Assembly: GCF_001194135.2 (NCBI RefSeq)
Contig: NC_068999.1
Span: 43,386,632 to 43,450,631 of the forward strand
Origin: Octopus bimaculoides
Taxonomy: Eukaryota
DNA length: 64,000 bases
Reading direction: 5' to 3'
Positions 53,552-64,000 of this stretch are shown here, in pieces. Numbering within the stretch: the first letter of the stretch is position 1; every line of letters starts with the position of its first letter. Below the pieces are notes generated by a model that did no database searches, had not been told where the DNA came from, and was given only the letters and a program-made list of their open reading frames with translations. A program made the position numbers and the translations under genes.

Positions 53552-54175
53552 GTATGCAGGAAACTCTGTAGCATACTATATAATCCACTGTGTCCTTTTT
53601 TCCCTAAAACAAACAGAATGTGATCTGAAGATGTTGCTCCTATTTCTAGAAGGTCAATCACATAGAAAGCTTTCTTATTGGCTCTTCAGTTTTTGGTGTT
53701 CCTATTTATGGTTGTGTATCTCTTTAATGCTGATAAAAGTGTAGAGATGTTTTGATGCTCATTTGCAGTATATGGGCCAAGATACTTAGATGTGTAGTCG
53801 CAATAAATTTACCAGAAATGTTTGGATGGACATTCACTGTATAAAATAGTTGAAGAATTTTTTCTATAACATTTTGAAAAAAAAATATTGGAAATGTATT
53901 GTTCTTGTTTTCCTAATTGTCATCATCATCATCATCATTGTCTCCATTATCATCATCATCGTTGACATCATCATTGTAAGCATCATCAGATCATCATCAT
54001 CCTTGTTTTGTCCTCATTGTCTATGGCCCTTGTGTCCAATAACAAAGATCATTATTAAAGAAAGATTATCAGTGTTATTATTATTATTATCATCATTAAT
54101 TATTATTATTATTATGTTCTTCGTTGCCAACATCGTCGTCGTGGTCATTTCTTTTCCTCCTCCTCTTCACTGCAG

Positions 54176-54306
54176 GTGTAACTAGCAACTTGGAGTACAG
54201 TGCTGGACTCCCGCACCTCACTCATGTCCCTCCATCACATCTGCCCAGCTGGCTCATTGTCCAAACCGATGGTTGCCTACAACAGCCTAGCAGTACCCAG
54301 TCATGA
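54176..54306 (+). CDS. mbl: Probable last coding exon of muscleblind (CVTSNLEYSAGLPHLTHVPPSHLPSWLIVQTDGCLQQPSSTQS*)
   Basis: Strong pyrimidine tract + ctgcag acceptor (54173-54175). Phase 1, the phase delivered by the upstream exons, is the only one of three that stays open from this acceptor; the other two stop within 3 codons. TGA at 54304-54306. Confidence 0.65.
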
Positions 54307-54390
54307 GGCAGGCAGGCAGGCAGGCAGGCAGACAGGCACGCAGGCACACAGGCAGGCAGACAGACAAGGCAATCAGACTGACAGACAGAA
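54307..54390 (+). repeat. (GGCA)6 then degenerate GGCA/GACA tract directly after the stop codon
   Basis: Six perfect GGCA units at 54307-54330. Confidence 0.85.
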
Positions 54391-54679
54391 CCCCCTCACC
54401 CAACACCGCAATGGTGGGCAGCATCCTGTGATCGTAGTGGTGGTGGTGGTGTTGGTGGTGGTGTTGTTGTTGTTGTTGTTGGTGGTGGTGGTTACATTGG
54501 AGCAGTCATGATGATGGTGGTGGTACTGTTACAGGTTGTGGTGGTGGTGGTGGTGGCGGTGCTGGTGGTGGTGGTGGTGTGGTGATGTTGGTGATAACAG
54601 TGATGGTTATGGTTGTAGTAGTAGTGGTTGTGCAGCACTCGACAGTCGGCAAGTGCGTGTTCAAAACAAAACTTAAAGC

Positions 54680-54685
54680 AATAAA
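54680..54685 (+). terminator. Possible polyadenylation signal AATAAA for muscleblind
   Basis: AATAAA ~370 nt after the proposed stop. The hexamer is common in this AT-rich DNA. Confidence 0.2.
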
Positions 54686-54768
54686 ATCCAAAATTAAAAA
54701 AAAAAAAACACCAGAAGGGCTTTAATCCCACATCTACCACTACTATAGCTACTACTGCTACTTTATAT

Positions 54769-54802
<34 letters not shown>

Positions 54803-54974
54803 TTTACTGCTACTACTACTACTACTTCTAGCTTGGCAATTTAGCCTTTATAAAATGTACATTGCTCACACTCTCTGCATTGCTACAGCTTTTTGTATCC
54901 CCACTCCCATTTTGTTATCTGAAAATGGGCACACAGCCATGTATGTATGTGTGTTGTCATACATGAGTGTGTAT

Positions 54975-55059
54975 GTGTGTGTGTATATATATATATGTGA
55001 TTGTGTGTATGTGTATATATATATGTATATGTATATATGTATATGTATATATGTATATG

Positions 55060-55090
<31 letters not shown>

Positions 55091-55100
55091 GTATATGTAT

Positions 55101-55160
<60 letters not shown>

Positions 55161-55250
55161 GTATATGTATATATATATATGTATATATATGTATATGTAT
55201 ATATATGTATATGTATATATATGTATATGTATATATATATGTATATATAT
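54975..55250 (+). repeat. Compound (TA)n/(TATATG)n microsatellite
   Basis: Visible periodicity. It produces the spurious YI/HI ORFs in the track. Confidence 0.9.
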
Positions 55251-57539
55251 GCACGCACATGCACTACCACACGCAGATAGATAGGTGTAATCGTGCATTG
55301 GTGAACTGGATTAATCCATCATGCTTATTAGGATCTGTGCCATTTGCAAAAGTCAAGTGTACTCGTCAGTGAGTTTAACTTAAATCACTGTATATATAGA
55401 AAATCTCTTGGTATGAGTCAATATACCTGTTTGGAAATACAAAGTTATGCTCAAACACTACACACTTTTCCACTGGTTTGCTTTGAAAAGTTTGCGTTTT
55501 GATCAGAAAAAAAAAAAAACAAATTGAGTAAATGTGTATGTACATGATTGTGGTAGTGTATGCATATGCACATATATATTTATATCCATGTGCATAAGTA
55601 TGTATATATGTGTGTTTGTGTGTGTATACATGTGCGCACACATAGTCCTACAAATCTCTCTTGTAGGACAAGGATTCAGCTCTTCAGTGAGCTGAATTTA
55701 CCTGCCCTTAAATAGCTGAGCATTGTAGACCCTCAAGTAGCTGACACCTGTACCTTCAACATAACTATCGGGCAGAAAATAGAGTGACAGCATATGTCAA
55801 AGGTGTAGCTTTTGAATTACATGTACAGTCCACCCGACGGGCCTCCATGCTGTTTCCGTCTCCTCAGTTTCACTCACAAGGTGTGGGCCAACTCGGGACC
55901 ATAGAAAATGGCATTTGCCCTAGATGCCAATCTTGTGGATTTGAGTTTAGGATGTTGTGGCTGTGAAGCGAATGTTCAGCCATATGTGTTTTTGTATGTC
56001 TGTATATTTGTGTGTGTGTGTGTGTGTATGATGAAACTGATGCCAAACAGGCTGGTATTGGTCTGTGTTGGCATGACTTGTAGTCATAGTAGTAGTAGTA
56101 GTAGTAGTACATAACGAAACTGAAATGCTGGGTTTCCCATTTCCCACAGCAAGTTCACTGTACATTTTTATCAAAGTTTACTATTTACTATGTATTTATA
56201 CATACATTTATGTGTAATTGTTGAAATATATGTGAGCATGTATGTATGTGTGTGTTTATATGTGTGCAGTTATAAATAATATGTATACATATTTATATAT
56301 GTATATATACACACATGCGTATACATCCATACACAGTCATGCAACATGGTTGTTAGCTCTTTATTACGATTATTTATTTTCTTATAACGTTACAATGACC
56401 AACCACTGCTTAAACTTACAATTTAAGTTAAACTTGAGAAGAAAATGAAACCTAAGTTTAAAGACCTCACTGATTAACAAAATATACCTGAGACATGCCA
56501 TTTTCTGTCCAATTGCTTCTGTTACCTGTTTGCCTGATGCCAATTCTGCCATTCTAATAGCCCTAACTATATAAACATGTATATATATATATATATATAG
56601 ATATGTATATATATGTGTGTTCAGCCTCATATAATTATTGCTTTAAGTGTTCTATTTTCAATTTTTTTATTTGATTTTATGTATGTTTTGTATGAATGGA
56701 CAAGTGTAATTTGTGTGTGATTGTATGTGTATGTATTCATATGTGTATGTGTGCAGATGTATGAGTGTATATGGACTTGTACATATGTGTATATGACTTG
56801 TACATGTGTGTATGTGTATTTGTATGTGTGTGTATACATAGACTTGTATCTATGTAATTGTTTGTATATATCTGAGTGTGTGTACACATCTCTCTCAATA
56901 ATTCTGTATATGTATCTATGTGAATATGTAGGTATAAGAAAATGTGTGTATTTATTTATGTACATATGTTTGTGTATGTACGTATATATGTAAACGTGTT
57001 TACGTATATGTTTTTTTATGTATTTACATATAAAAGGATATTGTTCTCTGATTGAAGCATTGCAATGTGCAAATGACATAAATATTTTGAAGAAACCTTT
57101 CAGCAATGCGAATGAGAAATTTGGCAAAATATGAAAAGTGATGTCAGTACATAAAAAGAAAGACAACCTTACATAGCTTGTTTAATGCTCCTATTATATT
57201 TCGGGAAAGGTTCTCCTTATCAAATATAAGAAAGAAAGCAATCTAAAGCCTTAGAGAAAAAATGTTATCAGCCTGGCCTTTTAATGTTTTTTCTTTCTTA
57301 TATTTAATAAGGTGAAATTTTCCTTAAATAAATCAGAAGCATTATACGATGTATGGAGGGTGATATAATATATACGATGTATGGAGGGTGATATAATATT
57401 TTGCCTTTGTCCTTATTTATTGCTACCACTGTATTTTGACTAACTTTTCCACCTACCTGCATTGTTTAAGGGTTTATAAGATATATGGTGCTTACATGTG
57501 AGTATGCGTGTGCATATTTTGTATATGTAAATATGAGTA

Positions 57540-58150
57540 ATGGGTTTGTGTGTGTGTGTATGAGTGTATATGTGTGTGTATATATATATATGAGTGTATG
57601 TTTGTGTGTGTATGTGTATGAGTGTATATGTGTGTATATATATATATGAGTGTGTGTGTGTGTGTGTATGAGTGTATATGTTTGTGTGTATGAATATATA
57701 TGTATGTGTGTATGTATATGACTATGTTTGTGTGTATATGAGTGTATAAGTGTATGTTTTGTGTACATGTGTATGTTAATGTGTATGAGTGTATATGTAT
57801 GTGACTGCATGTTTGTGTGTATATGAGTGTGTTTATGTGTATGAGTGTATGTTTGTGTATGTGCATGAGTGTATATGTATGTGTGTATGTGTATGAGTGT
57901 ATATGTTTGTGTGCATGTGTATGTGTATGAGTGTATATGTATGTGTGTATGTAAATAAGTGTGTTTGTATGTAAATAAGTGTTTGTATGTAAATGAGTGT
58001 ATGTTTGTATGTGTATGAGTGTATGTTTGTGTGTATGTGTATGAGTGTATATTTTTGTGTGTATGTATATGACTGTATGTTTATGTGTATGAGTGTATAT
58101 TTTTGTGTGTATGTGTATAGTGTATGTTTGTGTGTATGTGTATGCATATG
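57540..58150 (+). repeat. Degenerate TG/TA-rich minisatellite (tgtgtatgagtgtatatg-like unit)
   Basis: Recurring atgagtgtat unit in a TG/TA background. Confidence 0.8.
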
Positions 58151-58756
58151 TTTTGTAGCTGTTTCTCTCTAATGACTTGAACATACATGCATTTCTGTAA
58201 TGGCTGCTCTCTACTGTTATGCACAGACCACTCCCTCCCCTCGCCTCCAAGTTTGATTTCTTCACCGATTGATTTGTGTCATCTATACCTATACATACAT
58301 ACATGCATGTTTTAAATACAAGCACATGTACATTGATCTACACACTCACAAAGATCTACTAACAACATCTATCTCAATATATTCTTGCATATTTGTATAT
58401 GTGCATCTGGACTTACCAATGGGAGTAAAAATTATCATATATCAATACACTCACCAGAATTTACTTTTTCACTCACAGCTGAGTGTTCCTTCCAGTACTA
58501 ATTTAAGGTATCTGTTTCTGTTTTTGTGGTAAAATGGAATTGGTTAACTTAGAGTAGTAACAGAGGAAAATCTTGGATTATTAATAAATTAATACATACA
58601 TACATGTATATTTATACACACACTCACATACGTACATACATACAATCATGCCATTTCTATAAGATATATATATATATATATATACACATGTGTAATGTAT
58701 AATCCGAACTGGTTTGTGCTTTACTATCTGCCTTTACCCTAGCGACACACACACAT

Positions 58757-58790
<34 letters not shown>

Positions 58791-61700
58791 CCTCGCATCA
58801 ACTCTTCCTCACTCATCCCTCTGCACTCCCCGCCATCCCCACCCTGTTGCCTGTATGATGAAATCGCTTGGATATTTCGCCTTGAATGGCTGTTTTCATT
58901 AGAAACTTAGTTATTATTCAATTTTTTTTTTTTTTACAACATACTTCTAATTTTTTTCTGCTCTACTCTGTAATCTAATNNNNNNNNNNNNNNNNNNNNN
59001 NNNNNNNNNNNNNNNNNNNNNNNNNNNNNNNNNNNNNNNNNNNNNNNNNNNNNNNNNNNNNNNNNNNNNNNNNNNNNNNNNNNNNNNNNNNNNNNNNNNN
59101 NNNNNNNNNNNNNNNNNNNNNNNNNNNNNNNNNNNAATTTTACCCTTTTTTTCCTCCATATTATCTTCCTGTCCGATTTTAAGTGCTTTTCATTCCTAAA
59201 CATCTTTCTCCTCTCACTCTCCTCTTTGTCTTCTTCATCATAATAGTCATTTCAAAATTTTGTACATGACCAGCGATTTTGAGGGAAGGGGTAAGTTGAT
59301 TACATTGACCCCGCTGCTCAGATGGTACCTATTTTATCAATTGCCGAAAGGATGGAAAGCAAAATATACCCATCTGATAAGGGTACATCATGCACGTGCA
59401 TCACAACCATGCGTGTGTGACATGTTCCCATATCAAAATAAACAGCACATGACCTTGCAGGTGGGGCCCAGTTAGAATTTTCTTCAGGTTGAACAACACA
59501 TCCCACTCAAAAGGTCCTTGAATAAGGGTTGTTTAAGGATATTGAGCAAAACACCCATGTTTCCAAAGGTGAATTATCCAAACCTCCCAAAATTCCTTTC
59601 AACACATGGTTGTGATGCTCCCCAACTACTTCTGCTCATGATCAGAGATGCACATCTCGTCAGCCACCGAGGGACATGCTCAACTGATTAAAGTCAAACA
59701 ACTGACAAGCAAATCTATGGTACTGAGCAGATTATTTGCTGTAGCCCATCTTTTTATACCAAGACAAAACAATGTACATGATAACAATTCAAATCAGTTA
59801 AGATCAAAAGCCATGAGAGAAAGTGCCTGGTACTGCATCAGGGCATTATTATTATTATCATCAATTAATGGCAGAATCAATCTCGTAATATTATTTAAGC
59901 TGTCAGGCTGGTAGAATCATTAGCATGCCAGCTTACTGGCATTGTGTATGTCTTTATGTTCTGAGTGCAAATTCCACCAAGGTCGACTCTACCTTTCAGC
60001 CTTTCAAGATCAATAAGACAATACCAGTTGAGCACTCTCACAAAATTTCAGGCCTTGTACCTATAATAGAAAGGATTATTATTATTAGCACAGTAGTAGT
60101 AGTAGTAGTAGTAAAGGTATTGAGCTGGCTACATAGTGCATCAGACAAAATGCTTAGCAACATTTTATTTGGTTCCGTACATTCTGAGTTCAGATCTTGT
60201 TATGGTCAGTTTTGTCTTTCATCCTTTCGGTGTCGATGAAATAAAATATCAACCAAGTATGAGGGGCTGATGTAATCAACTTGCTTTGCCCCTCAAAACG
60301 GCTGGTCATGTACCAAAATAAGAATTATTTCTAATTTTTTCTAATTTTGGATGGTTTATTTCTGAGTCCAAAATACTTGTTCCAGATAAAATTTCAATGA
60401 ATTATATTCAAATGGGACAAGTCACTATGTTTCCATATCTTGGATCATTAGTTGAAGAAAATGAAATTTCTACTTCATTATGTACCAAAAATAGATTTGT
60501 ATTGACATCTTTGGCCTCTGGCCTCTTTAATTAGCATGTTCAGAAGCAATGGAAACAGATCAATATGCACACAAAAATCCACATTTATTATCTTTTATCA
60601 TCTCTCTCTCCCTCTCTTGTGGTTTGGTAGCAGTGAGCCATGGGCATAACTCCAGAATGACTTGGGTATGCTGGAAGTCATTCAAATGGGATGGCTTGAA
60701 CAAATCTTTAGACAACTATGGATTAATCGACCGTGGAATATTCACATTTAACACACTTGCTTTTACCAGCCAACTGCTTTAACATTAATTCAGAAACAGA
60801 GATAGGGTGAGGGTGTGTGCTGGGTTTTTTTTTTTTTTTTTTTTTTTTTCCAATTTGCATTTTGGGAGTGTCCAGAATATTCTGTTGTTCCTGTCTTTCA
60901 CAGAAGGTATGTTCCCAAATATCAATTCCAGCCACATACCCAGTCCATTGTCTCCTTGCCTCTAAAATCAAGGGCTTCTCCAGCTTTATAGTCCTTTCTT
61001 TGTGGTGAATGCCTGAGACAATAGAATTCATAGCAACTAATTGACCATGCCACTCAGCTCTCAGTAGACTCCTGACTGCATAATTATCAGTTCCAACTTT
61101 GATACATCTGTTGGGATTTTTGTGTCTTTTCTTTCTCTGCTAGATAAGACATGTGTCTCTGTAACTACTTAACCAGCAAATGAATAAGGAATGAATGCTA
61201 CTTCATTGTTAAATGGTTTGCCATAAGAAGAGGTTAAAATCCAAATTCATTCCTCAATGTAGCAGAAAAATTTTTCAAGCCAAAGAAGGATTTCCTACAC
61301 AGTTGCTCATTCTGCTAAACCAGGAGCTAAATTTCCTTTGAACTGACAGAAGTAAGCAATGAACACCTGGACTAATGTATTTGTATGCATGCTTCTTTAA
61401 AAGGTAGGTTTATTCCCAATTGGAATGTCTTTTATCATGGTCTGCTCAGTTAGAGTTAACTTGAAGCTAAACAGAAACAGTAATTAGCTTTAAAAAGCAA
61501 AAAGTTATACAAGATACCATTTGCTTTTGCTTCAGCAGTCTTTCGATGTTGAAATTTGTAAAACCATCTTTCTTACCTGAATCTGAAATATTGGATGTAG
61601 AACATTCCAATAAATATCCTGCTTCATCTGTCAGAGGATCTATCTGTAAGGACCTTACTTTTAATGTTATTAAGTGGACAGTTGATAACTTTATCTGGAT

Positions 61701-62267
61701 AGGACATTTGTCTGTTGCAGGTAACTTATGTCAGAATCTCTGTTCCTATTCCTGTCTTGATAAACTGGGATGTTTACAGTTTAGTGTCCTACCAAAACAC
61801 AAAAAAATACTTGTGGAAAGCTATGGGTCTCAATGGACCATTCACTTACTTGTTCATGGCTTTGCACAAGACAAGGGAATGTTCAACGCAAAGTAGAACA
61901 TACGTATTTACCTAGCTCTGGCATTTTTTTAGTTTGTTTCTTCTTTTTTTTCTTCCTTGCCTTATGTTTACTTTTTATTTCAATAAATATTGAATTGAAC
62001 AAACAAGAACACACACACATAGAACATGCACACATGATGGCTTCCAAATTTCACTCACATGGTATCAGCCAAAGTAAGGTTGTAACAGAAAGCACTTGCC
62101 CATGGTACATGCAAAGGAATTGAACCCAGAAACTTGTGCTTGCAAAGCAAACAACTTAACAACACGGCCTTGTGTTCAGCGACAATCTATATTTTCTTTT
62201 TATTTGTTTAATCTGTAAATTAATTTGTGTGTGTTCCTTTGTCTCTTCCTATTACTTACTACTTCTG

Positions 62268-62301
<34 letters not shown>

Positions 62302-64000
62302 AGTCTGTGGAGAGGAAAAGCCAAAGAAGTTTAGATCGAACTCTTAGCAGTTCTTGTTTAATTATTTTGTGTTTTGAGTTCAAATATTGCTGACATGATT
62401 TTTTGATTTTCATCTCTCCTGAGTCAATAAAATTACAATATTAATACTGATACATCAATATATTGAGATTGATTGATTTGATTGAGGACATAACTCCTTT
62501 ATAAATGTGTGGTTTCATGCCAATGTCAGCAGTCTTTGTTTTCTTTTTATTATTATTATTATCATTGTGGTGCAGGAGTATATTCTAATTTCCTGTTACG
62601 AACCGACTAGTTTATATCATTACAAACGGAGAATTCTTGTTAGAGATTCTCTGTACAAGCTGCATATATTTGCAAACTTGATTTAATATCTATTTCTTAC
62701 TACTTGTTCAAATTGACTCTGTGTGTGTATGTGTGTGTGTGTGCTTAACCCTTAACCTTCTCCACATTGCTTAGTAAAAGTTGCCAGTTACTGAAGTTGA
62801 TAGACAAATAGTTTCATTGATTTGGGCTGACTTGAAGTTAATCTTTATCTTGCTATAGTTTTCCTTAACCAACTTCCTCTCTTAACATAAAAGTAGATGT
62901 GATGAAACCACCAAGCAGACCTATGTCTGGTTGGGTTGCTCTGTGATGAGGCAGGGTAACTTTTTTCTCTCCTGTAGCTATCAGAGAAGAATATACATGT
63001 ATACACACATTCATATACAAACAAATATACACACATACACACACACACACACACCATCACCATCACCACCATCATCATCATCATCATCATCATTTAACGT
63101 TCACTTTCCATGCTAGCATGGGTTGGACGATTTGACTGAGGACTGGTGGACCAGGTGGCTACACCAGGCTCCAATCTGATTTGGCAGAGTTTCTACAGCT
63201 GGATGCCCTTCCAAACGCCAACCACTCCGAGAGTGTAGTGGGTGCTTTTACATGCCACCGGCACGGAGGCCAGTCAGGCGACACTGGCAACGATTTCGCT
63301 CAATTAAATTTTGGTTCCGTCTCATATAATATGAGGTTATGATGAGATATGAGGTAATGTTCCTTCACCTCATAACTTACCAATATACAATTCTTCCCGG
63401 GATTTTTTTTTTTTTTCTTCTTCATTTCCAATATAATTACTGAAATTCCAGACTCTGCAGCATCTTACCCACTCAAGGATGTTATCTTTTAATTCACTGA
63501 TCTCGCTTGAAATGTTTGTCCATCTTATCTGTAACTGCTGACTTGCTGGTAATACATTTCTGCTGTACTTTCTATTCAATTCTAAAACTTGTGTCTTGTT
63601 GTTACAGTCTGAACTCTCCTCTCTTAGCCAACAACCTTTCAATCCCAGTGGACATATATAGTTAAGTGCTGACTAAAATGTTTCAAATGCGAAGCCAAGA
63701 AGATTTTTTTTTTTTTTCTTTTTTATCAGTTTATAATAGTAATGAGAATAAAAGTCATTTGTGTTGATAATATTTTAATTTGCTGAGCTCCCTGTTCGAA
63801 AGTCTAAGGACACAGTGTGTAGTATAGGCAAGCTAGAAACGATGTTTCTTGGGACTATAACAACAGTAATATCGTCCCTTTCAGGACACCCACATTATGT
63901 TGGCAAAAAGCATTTACTTTAAAGAATACTTTAATTTTCTTTTTTTTTTTTTTACGTTAAGGAACAGGAAAGAGAACTCTGAAATTAAATGGGAATAGAT

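Noticed and set aside
54855-58325. YI/HT/CV-rich ORFs of 100-277 aa
   Set aside because: Translations of dinucleotide microsatellites and minisatellites.
58479-58507. AG...GT-bounded 29-nt segment as an extra exon
   Set aside because: It has a stop in the relevant phase, lies after the proposed terminal exon and shows no homology.
59277-59303. ccag...GGG|gtaagt apparent microexon
   Set aside because: The donor-like sequence is part of an antisense SINE fragment.
60869-60912. T-tract followed by AAG|gtatgt donor (3-, 31- or 38-nt exon options)
   Set aside because: The 31- and 38-nt options break frame (the 31-nt one opens with a stop) and the 3-nt one cannot be supported from sequence alone. 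All lie downstream of the proposed stop exon.
1-64000. CRISPR arrays, rRNA or prokaryotic defence-type systems
   Set aside because: The DNA is eukaryotic and mostly intronic. No regularly spaced repeat-spacer arrays or operon-like ORF clusters are present.

Overview
AT-rich, microsatellite- and SINE-dense animal genomic DNA with several N-gaps. The repeat landscape suggests an octopus/cephalopod draft assembly (inference). The window holds the 3' part of one + strand gene, muscleblind (mbl/MBNL). I assembled it by eye from splice signals and phases: a 243-nt exon encoding the ZnF3-ZnF4 CCCH pair (13264-13506); a 69-nt in-frame exon with a KKRPRE NLS-like motif (33153-33221); a 142-nt exon with the conserved KR...YQQALAMQLQQ segment (40622-40763); two paralogous phase-1 microexons of 42 and 36 nt (42079-42120, 49577-49612); a possible 66-nt cassette (53486-53551); and a probable last coding exon (54176-54306). 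I did not find the ZnF1-2 exons or the exon leading into ZnF3, so they lie upstream of the window or in a gap. Almost all ORFs in the supplied track are microsatellite or N-gap artefacts. Introns carry tRNA-derived SINEs, TTAA-flanked MITEs, decayed RTE, CR1-like and R2-superfamily LINE fragments, and a ~670-bp foldback. The main observations are (1) a duplicated microexon pair whose five substitutions are all synonymous, and (2) a YGCY-packed, AG-free 185-nt zone before the NLS exon that mirrors vertebrate MBNL1 autoregulation.
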